Of a stretch of 64,000 nucleotides of DNA, positions 50,214 to 60,220 are shown piece after piece; the stretch's first letter is position 1, and every line of letters starts with the position of its first letter. The notes under the pieces are model-generated. The model was not told where the DNA came from, searched no databases, and was given only the letters and a program-made list of their open reading frames with translations. This DNA comes from an uncultured delta proteobacterium (GTDB lineage Bacteria > Myxococcota_A > Polyangia > Palsa-1104). The position numbers were made by a program, and so were the translations under genes. The stretch covers positions 132,323 through 196,322 of the forward strand of contig CAWAWS010000019.1 in assembly GCA_963785725.1 (NCBI GenBank), given 5' to 3'.

Positions 50214-51109
50214 ACACGACCACGCCCGCGTCCGGCGGCGCAATGAAGATGGACCGTCCGCTGGCTTCGTACGCGCGCCTGGTCGCGCTGCCGCACACGA
50301 TCTTCGCGCTGCCGTTCGCCATCGGCGCCGCGGCGACGGCGTGGCGGCACGGCGCGGCGCCGTTCTCGCTGACGCGACTCATCGGCATCATCGTCGCCGT
50401 CGCCGGCGCGCGCACGGCCGCGATGGCGTTCAACCGCATCGCCGATCGCCGCTTCGACGCCGCCAACCCGCGCACCGCCAAGCGCGAGTTACCGAGCGGC
50501 AAGGTCTCGTTCGCCGGCGCGGTCGCGCTCGCCATCGGCGCCAGCATCGTCTTCGTCACCGCCGCCGCGCTGCTCGGACGCTGGCCGCTCATCTTGTCGC
50601 CGATCGCGCTCTTCATCCTGCTCGGCTATTCGCTGGCCAAACGCTTCACCTGGGCGACCCACCTGTGGCTCGGCGTCGCGCTCGGCGGCGCGCCCGCCGG
50701 CGCCTGGATCGCGGTCACCAACGGCTTCGGCCCGGCGCCGCTCGCGCTCAGCCTCGCCGTCGCCTGCTGGGTCGCCGGCTTCGACATCATCTACTCGACG
50801 CAAGACGCCGACTTCGACCGCACGAACAAGCTCAACTCGATCCCCGCGCGCTTCGGAATCGCCCGCGCCCTGTGGATTTCGCGCGTCTTGCACCTCGGCG
50901 CCGTCAGCGGCCTGGTCGCGTTCGGCGCGCTCATGCATCTGGGCGCCGTCTACTGGATCGGCGTCATCGCCATCGCCGGCACGCTCGTCTACGAGCAGAG
51001 CCTGGTGAAGCCGAACGATCTGTCGCGCATCGACAAGGCCTTCTTCGACTTGAACGGCTACGTCAGTCTCGTCTTTGCCGTGTGTACGATCGTGGAGTCG
51101 TTGCGATGA
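50210..51109 (+). CDS. mqnP: UbiA-family prenyltransferase (MqnP)
   Basis: HTIFALPF, ARTAAMAFNRIADR.FD..NPRT..R and GFDIIY..QD motifs. Confidence 0.92.
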   Translation: MNTTTPASGGAMKMDRPLASYARLVALPHTIFALPFAIGAAATAWRHGAAPFSLTRLIGIIVAVAGARTAAMAFNRIADRRFDAANPRTAKRELPSGKVSFAGAVALAIGASIVFVTAAALLGRWPLILSPIALFILLGYSLAKRFTWATHLWLGVALGGAPAGAWIAVTNGFGPAPLALSLAVACWVAGFDIIYSTQDADFDRTNKLNSIPARFGIARALWISRVLHLGAVSGLVAFGALMHLGAVYWIGVIAIAGTLVYEQSLVKPNDLSRIDKAFFDLNGYVSLVFAVCTIVESLR

Positions 51110-52206
51110 TCATCCTCATGCGCGAAGGTGCGTCGCCGGCCGAGTCGCGCGCCGTCGAAGCGGCGTTGGCGCGCGCCGGCGCCGGCTGCCGTCGCGTGCG
51201 CGGGCCCAATCGGCTCGCCATCGAAGTCACAGGGCCACACGCGCCGTTCGACGCCGCCGTCATCGCGCGGCTGGCGGCGCTCGATGCCGTCGAAAGCGTA
51301 CTCTCGCCCGATGATCCGTCGCCGCGCGTCACCGCCGCGCATGGTCCGGTCACCGTCGCCACGCCGCTCGGCCCCGTCGCCGTCGGCGGCGAAGAGTGGA
51401 CGCTCATGCTCGGCCCCTGCGCCGTCGAGAGCGAAGAGGATTTGACCACCGCCGCCGTCGCCGCGCGTGAAGCCGGCGCGCGTTTTCTGCGCGGCGGCGC
51501 CTACAAGCCACGCACGTCGCCCTACGCGTTCCAAGGGCTCGGCGAGGACGGCCTCGATTTGTTACGCCGCGTCGCCGACGAAGCGGGCCTCGGCGTCGTC
51601 AGCGAAGCCACGTCGGAGGCGTCGGTCGCGCACGTCGCGGAGCGCTGCGAGCTGATCCAAATCGGCGCCCGCACCATGGCGTCGACGGCGCTCTTGCGCG
51701 CGGCGGCCCGCGCCGGACGGCCCATTCTCCTCAAGCGCGGCTTCGGCGCCACCGTCGACGAATGGCTCGCCGCCGCCGAATACTTGCTCGACGGCGGCGC
51801 GCCCGGCGTCATCTTGTGCGAGCGCGGCATCCGCACCTTCGAGCAAGGCACGCGCGCCACGCTCGACTTGGGCGGCCTCGCGCTCGCACGTCTGCGCACG
51901 GGGCTGCCCGTGATCGCCGATCCGTCGCACGCGGCCGGCACGCGCGCGCTCGTGCAGCCGCTGGCGCTGGCCGCGCTCGCCGCCGGCGCCGACGGGCTCA
52001 TCGTCGAGTGCCACGCCGAGCCCGGCCGCGCGCGCTCCGACGGGCCGCAAGCGCTGACCCCGGCCGACACCGCCGAGCTCGCACGCGCCGTGCAGAAGCT
52101 CGCGCCGGCGCTCGGGCGTCGCGCCCCGCGACCGGTCATCCTTTCCAACGCATGCCAACCGACGACGACAACATCCGAGACACGGAGCTCCGCGTCGCCG
52201 AGGTGA
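51106..52206 (+). CDS. aroF: DAHP synthase, class I-beta
   Basis: GPCAVES, RGGAYKPRTSPY.FQG, QIGAR, LKRG, CERGIR and DPSH motifs. Confidence 0.9.
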   Translation: MIILMREGASPAESRAVEAALARAGAGCRRVRGPNRLAIEVTGPHAPFDAAVIARLAALDAVESVLSPDDPSPRVTAAHGPVTVATPLGPVAVGGEEWTLMLGPCAVESEEDLTTAAVAAREAGARFLRGGAYKPRTSPYAFQGLGEDGLDLLRRVADEAGLGVVSEATSEASVAHVAERCELIQIGARTMASTALLRAAARAGRPILLKRGFGATVDEWLAAAEYLLDGGAPGVILCERGIRTFEQGTRATLDLGGLALARLRTGLPVIADPSHAAGTRALVQPLALAALAAGADGLIVECHAEPGRARSDGPQALTPADTAELARAVQKLAPALGRRAPRPVILSNACQPTTTTSETRSSASPR

Positions 52207-52706
52207 TCGGCGGCCTGATGCAGTTCTGGGGTTTCAAGGCGACCATGGGCCGCCTGTGGACGATCTTGTACCTCTCGCCCGAGCCGCTGTCCGCGGCCGA
52301 GCTCGGCGAGCGGCTGCAAGCGTCGACGGGAGCGGTGTCGATGGCGCTCGCCGACTTGCAGCAGTGGGGCGTCGTGAAGAAGTCGTGGCGGCCGGGCGAG
52401 CGGCGCGACTATTACGAGCCCGAGACGAGCATCTGGAAGATGGTGACCCGCGTCTTCCGCGAGCGCGAATTGGCGCACGTGCGCGCCGCCATCGAAGCCT
52501 TCGAAGCCGCGCGCAAAGTGCTCGCCAAAGCGCGCGCCGGCAGTGACGCCGAGGGCAAACGCCGCATCAAATTCGCCGACGGCCGCTTGGCCTCGCTCGT
52601 GACGCTGTCGCGCATCGGCGAGGGCCTCATCCTCATGCTCACCGCCGGCCAGATGGTCAATCCGCAACCGATCAAGAGCCTGTTTCACCCGGAGGACGAC
52701 TCGTGA
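52152..52706 (+). CDS. GbsR/MarR-family transcriptional regulator
   Basis: G.LM.FWGF...MGR.W..LYL..EPL...EL...L..S...VS..L..L..WG.V...GERRDYY pattern. Confidence 0.85.
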   Translation: MPTDDDNIRDTELRVAEVIGGLMQFWGFKATMGRLWTILYLSPEPLSAAELGERLQASTGAVSMALADLQQWGVVKKSWRPGERRDYYEPETSIWKMVTRVFRERELAHVRAAIEAFEAARKVLAKARAGSDAEGKRRIKFADGRLASLVTLSRIGEGLILMLTAGQMVNPQPIKSLFHPEDDS

Positions 52707-53509
52707 ACCTGTCGCTGGCCTATTCGACCGACCTCGATGACGCTTTCATGTTTTGGCCGCTGGCGAGCGGTCGTATGGCCGCGCGCGACTACGGTTTCGG
52801 CAGCCTCAGCCACGTCCGCGCCGACACCGCGACGCTCAATCGCTGGGCCGCCGAAGGCACGCACGACGTCGTCGCCGTCAGCATCGCCGCCGTGCCCGCG
52901 CTCGCCGCCAACTGGCTGCTCTTGCCGCATGGCGGTTCCGTTGGACGCAACTATGGCCCGGTGATCGTTGCGCCGCGTGCAATGTCCGTCGAAGAATTGG
53001 CCGGCAAGCGCATCGGCACGCCGGGCGCGACGACGACGTGCGCGCGCTTGGTCGCGCTGGCCGCGCCCAAGGCCGTGCAGGTCGAGGTCTTGTCGGCGCC
53101 GCTCGAGCGCGCGTTCGCCGCGCTGTCCGACGGTGTCGTCGACGCCTGCGCGCTCATCCACGAAGGTCGCCTCACCTACGCCGAGCGCGGCTTTCACCTC
53201 GTGTGCGATCTCGGCAAGTTCTGGCAGCAGACGCAGAATCTTCCGCTGCCGCTCGGTGGCAATGTCATTCGTCGCGGCCTCGGTGACGACGCCGTCGCGC
53301 GCGCCTCGGCCATGCTGCGCGCGTCGATCGCCTATGCGCTCGAGCATCGCGAAGAGGCGCTCGACGAGCTGGCCGGCGATCGTGGCCTGACCCGCGCGCA
53401 ATGCGACGAATACCTCGCGCTCTACGCCAACAGCGACACGCTCGACTACGGCGTCGACGGCCGCCGCGCCATCGCCGCGCTCATCGGCGACGTCCAGTTC
53501 GCCCCGTAA
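52703..53509 (+). CDS. mqnD: 1,4-dihydroxy-6-naphthoate synthase
   Basis: S.D.DDAFMF, SVG.NYGP, PG..TT, IHEG and LPLPLGG motifs. Confidence 0.88.
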   Translation: MNLSLAYSTDLDDAFMFWPLASGRMAARDYGFGSLSHVRADTATLNRWAAEGTHDVVAVSIAAVPALAANWLLLPHGGSVGRNYGPVIVAPRAMSVEELAGKRIGTPGATTTCARLVALAAPKAVQVEVLSAPLERAFAALSDGVVDACALIHEGRLTYAERGFHLVCDLGKFWQQTQNLPLPLGGNVIRRGLGDDAVARASAMLRASIAYALEHREEALDELAGDRGLTRAQCDEYLALYANSDTLDYGVDGRRAIAALIGDVQFAP

Positions 53510-53533
53510 TTTCCCGCGTCCAACGCTGTCGGG

Positions 53534-54148
53534 CTAGAAGCTCAGCTGCAGCACGCGCGCCAGCGCCTGCATGGCGGCCGCTTCGGCTTGCACGCGATGG
53601 GCGCGCCACTCGGCCGATCCCTTGCTGCCGACGGTGTTGGCGATGGCGAGCACCGCCGTCGCCGGAATCAGCGCGCGCGCCGCCGCCGCCAGCACGGCGA
53701 AGCACTCGAGGTGCTCGACCTCGGCGCCCGTCGCGGCGATGCGCTCGGATTCGCCGTCGTCCGCCGTCACACCGACGGGACAGGCGACCGTGACCGTCAT
53801 CGCGCCCAGCGCGCCGCCGAAGCGCGTGGCCAGCTCCTCGTCGCCGTAAGCTTCCGTCGGCATGATCGGCGGCACGTACTCGACCGCGCGCACGACCAAG
53901 CGCGCCCGCCGCGCCACGACGACGGCGCCGATCGGCAACGTCACGCCCGGCAGCACGCCACACGTCCCCACGAGCACGATGCGGTCGGGCTTCAGCTCCG
54001 CGATCGCCTGCGTCGCGCCCGCCGACGCCTCGATGAGGCCGACTCCGAGCGCGCGGGCGACGACGCGACCACTCGTCAGCTCCGCACCCAGAAGCTGCGA
54101 CAGACCAGCGAGCTCGGGCGGATAAGCCGCAGCCACCAGCGTGGGCAC
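53534..54148 (-). CDS. PNP/MTAN-fold nucleosidase, probable futalosine hydrolase (MqnB-like)
   Basis: GVG...A, VG..G and VEHLE.FAV...A.....AV...AN.VG pattern; adjacent to the mqn operon. Confidence 0.65.
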   Translation of the reverse strand: MPTLVAAAYPPELAGLSQLLGAELTSGRVVARALGVGLIEASAGATQAIAELKPDRIVLVGTCGVLPGVTLPIGAVVVARRARLVVRAVEYVPPIMPTEAYGDEELATRFGGALGAMTVTVACPVGVTADDGESERIAATGAEVEHLECFAVLAAAARALIPATAVLAIANTVGSKGSAEWRAHRVQAEAAAMQALARVLQLSF

Positions 54149-54200
54149 GGGCCCTTCTAGCATGAGGTGCTTACGCATGATAGCGTCACACCGCAGGTCG

Positions 54201-55478
54201 ATGCCCAAGCTCATCTATCACGACTCGGACGGCATGGATAAGGTCTTGCAGCTCAGCTCCGAGGCCGTGCTGATTGGTCGGGCCACCGAGTGTCAGGTGC
54301 AGACGCAAGACGCCATGGTCTCGCGCCGTCACGCCCGCATCTTCTGGGACGGCAACTATTGGATCGAGGACTTGGGCTCGTCCAACGGCGTCTATGTCGG
54401 CAACGACAAAGTCCAAAAGGCGCCCTTTCGTCCCGGCGACACCGTCACTTGCGGCAGCTTGATCTTGCGCCTCATGCCCGACACGTCGCGACCTTCGGCG
54501 ACGGGCTCGATGGCGCCGCAATCGACGGGCATGCATCCGCCGGTGCGCTCGGGCGTCACGCCGCCGGTTGGGTTGCCGCACTTGCCGCCGCCACCGGCTG
54601 CGCCGCCACCGCCGGCCGCATTCGGCGCGCCGCCGCCGGCTGTCGTGTCCGCGCCGCCGGCGCCGACCGGTCCGGCGATGGCCGCGTACGCCGTGCCGGC
54701 GCCGGCCGCGCTGCCGGTGACGTTGCCGCCGCCGCCGCTGCGCGGCGACGTTGCCGCTGCCGTCCTGCGCGGTCCGGCCGCGTCACCGAGCGCGACGACA
54801 GGCGCGCAAGCCAGCTTCGCCGAGGAGCTGCGCAGCGAACGTCAGCGACGGGAAACGGCGGAGTCGGCGGTGCTGCAAGCGGCCGAGCGCATTCGCGCCG
54901 CCGACGCGCGCGTGGCCGAGCTCGAAGCGCTGACGAAGGAAGCCGCGCTGCTCAAGCGCAAGCTCGATCAGGCGCAGTCCGATCTGCGTCGTCTGCGCGG
55001 CGGTCAGCCGCTCGAAGAGACGCGCGACGACGAGTCGCCGCTTCTGCGGGCGCGCGTGGCCGAGCTCGAGGCCGAGCTGTCGTCGCTGCGCGCGCAGTCG
55101 CCGGCGGCCGCGCCCGCCATCGTCGCCACGGCCAGCACGGGCAACGACGCCGAAGCCGCGCGCCTGAAGCGTCAAGTCGAGCAGCTGCAGTCGGAGCTGC
55201 GTCGGGTCCGCGCCGGTCAGCCCGAGCCGGTGCAGCTGCATTCGTCGCCGCCGCCGCCCAAGAGCGATCCGGCGCTCGCCGATGCCGCCATCGCGCTCGG
55301 CGATTCGTTGGCCGAGCTGCGCGCGTCGTTGCGCGCGGCCAATGACGAGTCGGGCCTGCTGACGGCGCCGTCGGAATCGGTGCAAGTCGTCGGCGATGCG
55401 CTGCGGAGCGCGGCCGAGCAGCTCGAAAGTGCGCGCGCTCACCTCCGCGCCCTCGGTAAACTGCTAGGTGTTTCTTAG
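54201..55478 (+). CDS. FHA-domain protein with a Pro-rich linker and coiled coil
   Basis: IGR, VSRRHA and DLGSSNG motifs. Confidence 0.9.
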   Translation: MPKLIYHDSDGMDKVLQLSSEAVLIGRATECQVQTQDAMVSRRHARIFWDGNYWIEDLGSSNGVYVGNDKVQKAPFRPGDTVTCGSLILRLMPDTSRPSATGSMAPQSTGMHPPVRSGVTPPVGLPHLPPPPAAPPPPAAFGAPPPAVVSAPPAPTGPAMAAYAVPAPAALPVTLPPPPLRGDVAAAVLRGPAASPSATTGAQASFAEELRSERQRRETAESAVLQAAERIRAADARVAELEALTKEAALLKRKLDQAQSDLRRLRGGQPLEETRDDESPLLRARVAELEAELSSLRAQSPAAAPAIVATASTGNDAEAARLKRQVEQLQSELRRVRAGQPEPVQLHSSPPPPKSDPALADAAIALGDSLAELRASLRAANDESGLLTAPSESVQVVGDALRSAAEQLESARAHLRALGKLLGVS

Positions 55479-55560
55479 ACTTACGAATATTCGCTGCCCC
55501 ACCCATTGACGCATGAAGTTGCGATGACTACATCGCCCCACCTTTTGCGGGGAGGGGATC

Positions 55561-56202
55561 ATGAAGTCATTGTTGGGGCTCGTGTGCGTTGCGTCATGTT
55601 CGTGGCTCGGCTGCGCGCAGGTTCGACCGGGCGACCCAGCGGCGCCTTGGCCGGCGGGGTCGTTGGCCGCGCCCGTCTCGATCGTCGCCGGCGCGCCGAC
55701 CGACAGCCGCGTCGACTTCACGATCGCCGGCGGTTTCGCGGGTGCGCGGCCGGTGACGTTGACGATCGCGCAGCCGACGCTGCGGCTGCACACGACGGCG
55801 AGCGGCGCCGAGCTGGACGCGTTGACGCTGCCGCTCGGCGACATCGACGTGCCGGCGTCGGCGCTGCCGCCGAGCGGGCTGCGGCTGCGCGCGCTCACGT
55901 TGACGGCCGACGCCGCGCGCGCCGAGGTCGTGCAAGCAGACGATGACGCGCTCGGCTTGCGTGCGACGGCGCCGTTGACGCTGCACTGGTCGCTGCAGCT
56001 CGACGACGGCACGCTCTATCCGCTGGGCGCGGTGGCGACGGCGCCGCTGGCCATCGACGTGCAGATCGCGCGTTCACCGACGGGCGCGACGGCGACCGTC
56101 GACGCCAGCTGCGCCGGCACCTGCTGGGCCGTCGACGGCGTGGCCACGCTGAGCGACGGCGCCGTCTACCTCGCCGCGGCCGCCGACGTGACCGCCGAAT
56201 AG
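55561..56202 (+). CDS. Hypothetical secreted protein/lipoprotein
   Basis: Signal peptide ending WLG-C; GGAGG RBS. Confidence 0.7.
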   Translation: MKSLLGLVCVASCSWLGCAQVRPGDPAAPWPAGSLAAPVSIVAGAPTDSRVDFTIAGGFAGARPVTLTIAQPTLRLHTTASGAELDALTLPLGDIDVPASALPPSGLRLRALTLTADAARAEVVQADDDALGLRATAPLTLHWSLQLDDGTLYPLGAVATAPLAIDVQIARSPTGATATVDASCAGTCWAVDGVATLSDGAVYLAAAADVTAE

Positions 56203-56262
56203 CGCGAACGCTCGGCGCGCGGAGGACTTACGCGCGGCACGGCCGTCTGCTACCGTCGCCGC

Positions 56263-57099
56263 ATGCGCGTCCTCCTGATCGTGTGCCTGGCGTCGCTGGT
56301 CGGCTGCGGTGACGACACGACCGCGATGACCCACGCCGGCGGCGACGACATGAGCGCGCAGCTCGGCGGCGAGGATTTGTCGTCGCTGCCGGCCGATCTT
56401 CCGAGCTGCGCGGCCGGTCCGCGAACGTTCCTCGGCTATCCGGGCGCGAACGCGACGTTGCTGACGTTCGACTGCAGCTGCGGCTGCCTCATCGACGGCT
56501 TCGCCAACACGCTCGTCAACGGGAACTGGGGCAGCAGCACGTCGGGCGGCGCCAGCTTCGTGCCCACGTCGAGCGGGCTCGGCATGGCGCTGGCGACGAC
56601 GACGACGAGCACGTCCCCGTCGCTGGCGAGCTTGGCGTCGGAGGGGCCGATCGCGCGCTTCTTCCTCGACGGCGACTTCGACATGCAGGTCGACTACGAC
56701 TTGAACGCGAGCGCGCCGCCGGGTGAGTCGCATCTCGTGCTCGGCGTGCGCAAGCCGAACACGGTGCAAGGCATTCCCGTCTACGAAGTCGAGCGCGCGC
56801 GGCAAGCGGACGGCAGCGAAGTCTACGTCACGCAGCTCGGCGGCGTGCCCGCGGTGCAAGTGGCGACGGCGGCCACGCAGGGCACGCTGCGGCTGGCGCG
56901 CCCGGCTTCACGCTCACCTCGTACGGCGACGCGCAGCAGGTCTCGACGCTGATCGCGCAAGACACCGACCGCCTCGAAGTCACGCTCGCCGGCGCGCTCG
57001 TCGGCTGCAGCCGCGTCCGACGCGGGCACGAGCTGCGCCTATCAGCCGAGCTGGCGCAACCTGCGGCTGAGCTCCGGCACGATCGTCAATCAGCCGTAA
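56263..57099 (+). CDS. Hypothetical lipoprotein (indels near 56900 and 57010)
   Basis: LVG-C lipobox; coding bias continues across the frameshifts to TAA 57099. Confidence 0.6.
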
Positions 57100-57120
57100 G
57101 CCATCGACAGCTGTCGGGTT

Positions 57121-57904
57121 TTACAGATCGTGCGCGTTCAGGAAGCGGACGAGAGCGTCATCGAAACGGTCGGGCGCTTCCAGGTTCGACAGATGGCCGG
57201 CGCCGGCGATCTCGACATATTCGGCGTCGGGGATGATCTGCGCCAGCGCGCGCATTTCGGCGGGCGGCGAGATCGTGTCCTCGCCACCGCACACGACCAG
57301 CGTCGGACAATCGATGTTTTGCAGCAGCGCCAGACGGTCGGGGCGATCGCGCAGCATCCGCGTCGCCGACACGATCGTCTCGGCGCGCTCGCTGCACAGG
57401 TCGCGCACGCGAATGCGCAAGCTGTCGTCGGCGTGCGGCGACAACAGGCGGGACGGCACACCGTCGAGGAACGTCGCCAAGCCGACCGGGCCTTTGACGT
57501 TGGCGATGGTGGCGTCGCGAGCGGCGCGCGCGACGTCGGAGTCGGCGGCGGCGCGCGTATCGGCCAAGATCAGCGACGCCAGCCGCGCCTTGTGTCGCTC
57601 GGCCAACGCCAACGCCACGTAGCCGCCCATCGACAGGCCGACGACCGACGCCATGGGAATGCCGAGACCGTCGAGCAGCCGCGCGATGTCGTCGGCAAAG
57701 TCGTCGACGGTCGGCCGGCCCCACAGCGGCGAATCGCCGAAGCCGCGCAAGATCGACCGTGATGACACGGCGCACGTCCGAGAAGCGCGCCAGCTCCTCG
57801 GACCACATGCGCCGATCGAGCGGAAACGCGTGCAACAGTAGCAGCGCCGGACCGCTGCCGCGCGCGTCGTAGCTCAGCTCTCCGTCGCCGATTGCCAGCT
57901 TCAT
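57121..57904 (-). CDS. Alpha/beta hydrolase (enol-lactone hydrolase-like), frameshift near 57765
   Basis: LLHAFP, GLSMGG, GGED and AGHLS motifs. Confidence 0.88.
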
Positions 57905-59833
57905 GACGCTGCCCTCCGTCGCGGGCGCGAGCCCGGCTGATGCACCGGCGGCCGCCGACGCGGCTCCGGCGGCACCAAGCATTCGGGCCGCGTGCCGATC
58001 AAGTCGGTGCGCTTCGCCAACGTCAACGCCTCGCGCACCAGCTCGTGCTGCTCGGGATCCCAATAGAGCAGCAGCGCCTTTTGCATGCGCTTCTCGCGTA
58101 AGCCTTTGGCCGTGTAGCAAGGCTTCATCGTCAGCGGATCGATGCCGGTGTGATACATCGTCGCCGCCAACGACATCGGCGTCGGGATGAAGTCCTGCAC
58201 CTGCCGCGGGCGATAGCCTTTGCGCTTCAGATACAGCGCCTGCTCGATCATGTCGTCGAGCGTCGAGCCCGGATGGCCGCTGATGAAATACGGGATCGAG
58301 ATATTGATCCTTGCCGGCGGCTTCGGACGCGCACTTGAACGCGTCGGTGAAGCGATCGTAGCTCTCGATGCCCGGCTTCTTCATGAGCCGCAAGCGTCTC
58401 GTCGCTGACATGCTCGGGCGCGACCGACAATTGGCCGCCGACGTGATGCTTCGTCAGCTCCTCGAGATATTCCTGGCCGCGCACGCCGTCGACGACGAGA
58501 TCGGTGCGCACGCCCGACGCGATCGTCACGTGCTTGACGCCCGGCTCGGCGCGCACCTTTTTCATGAGGTCGATGAGCGGGCCGTGATCGGTCTTCAAGT
58601 GCTCGCAAATCCCGGGGTGAACGCACGACAAGCGGCGGCACTTGGACTCGAACTTCTCGTCCTCGCACTTCATCTGGTACATGTTCGCCGTCGGGCCGCC
58701 GAGATCGCTGAGCACGCCGTTCCAGCCGCCTTGGCGACGCATCGTGCGCAGCTCGCGCAAGATGCGAATCGGCCGAGCGGTTCTGGATGACGCGGCCTTC
58801 GTGCTCGGTGATCGAGCAGAACGTGCAGCCGCCGAAGCAGCCGCGCATGATGACGAGCGAATTCTTGACCGTCTCGAACGCCGGCACGGGCGCGTCGGCG
58901 TACATCGGATGCGGCGCGCGATTGAACGGCAAGTCGTAGAGCTCGTCCATCGTCGCCGTGTCGAGCGGCTGCGCCGGCGGGTTGAAGTAGACGCCGCCGA
59001 GATCGAAGCGATCGCGCTGCAGCAGCGGCCGCGCGTTGTGCGGGTTGGTCTCGTAGTGCAGCGTGCGCGAGGCCAGCGCGTACTTCTTCTTGTCGCTGCG
59101 CACGTCTTCGAACGACGGCAGGATCAGCAGGCGACCATCGCCGACATGCTCCGACGGCGACTGCGAGATCGCTTCGGCGTCGACCTTCGAGATCGGATGG
59201 GCCGTGCCGCGCACGTCGCGCAGCGCCGAAATCGGCTCGCCGGCGTCGAGGCGGCGCGCGATCTCCCAGATCGGCCGCTCGCCCATGCCGAACACGAGCA
59301 GATCGGCTTTGCTGTCGAGCAGGATCGAGCGGCGGACGTTGTCGGACCAATAGTCGTAGTGGGCGATGCGACGTAAGCGACGCCTCGATGCCGCCGAGGA
59401 CGATGGGCACGTCGGGATAGGCTTCGCGCGCGCGATTGGCGTAGACGATGGTGGCGCGGTCGGGACGCAAGCCGCGCGCGCCGCCTGGAGAATATTGATC
59501 TTCCTGGCGATTCTTCTTCTGCGCCGTCAAGCGGTTGAGCATCGAGTCCATGTTGCCGGCGCTCACGCCGAAGAACAGGCGCGGCTTGCCGAGGACGCGA
59601 AACGGATCCGCCGATTGCCAATCGGGCTGCGCGATCATGCCGACTTTGAAGCCGCGGCCTTCGAGAAAGCGCGCGATGAGCGGTGGGCCGAACGCCGGAT
59701 GGTCGACGTAGGCGTCACCGCTGATCATGATGATGTCGAGCTGCTTCCAGCCGCGCGCGTGCACCTCCGCGATCGTGGTGGGCAAGAAAGGGTGCTCATG
59801 GCGCCCACGACGAATTTGCAGCGGTTTCGACAT
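57901..59833 (-). CDS. ygiQ: YgiQ/UPF0313 radical SAM protein (several indels)
   Basis: [41 protein letters not shown] and [10 protein letters not shown] motifs over several frames. Confidence 0.9.
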
Positions 59834-59856
59834 CGGTTACGGCTGTAAATGTAGCA

Positions 59857-60195
59857 CTACGCGGGTGAGCTGCCCGATTCACTGCGCTTTTTGCTGCATT
59901 CTTCGCAGGGGCAGCCTTCGCGGAGCGCGCGAAAGTTGTAGATGCCGGTGGAGTGACCGTCGCTCCAGTCGATGTTGACGGCGTAGTTGCCGATGACGCG
60001 CATGGCGCGGGCGCGCACGCTGTCGGGCACGCGCTTCGGGTCGAGCAGGGGCTTGCCGGTCATCTCTTCGATGCACTCCGCGCAGCGACAGGCGAGGCGC
60101 AGCTCGCGGGCCGGGTAGGCGCTTTTATGCTCGTCGTCCCAGACGAAGGTGATGGTGGATCGAAGGAGACCGACGATCTCGAGCGGCATCGGCAT
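59857..60195 (-). CDS. DUF971 (GBBH-like N-terminal) protein
   Basis: LRLACRCAEC and GNYAV.I.WSDGH.TGIY motifs. Confidence 0.88.
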   Translation of the reverse strand: MPMPLEIVGLLRSTITFVWDDEHKSAYPARELRLACRCAECIEEMTGKPLLDPKRVPDSVRARAMRVIGNYAVNIDWSDGHSTGIYNFRALREGCPCEECSKKRSESGSSPA

Positions 60196-60220
60196 CGCGT
60201 GAACATGGCATGATGCGCGC

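Noticed and set aside
55506..55534. TTGACG-17-TACATC as a promoter
   Set aside because: The -10 element lacks the conserved final T; too weak to list.
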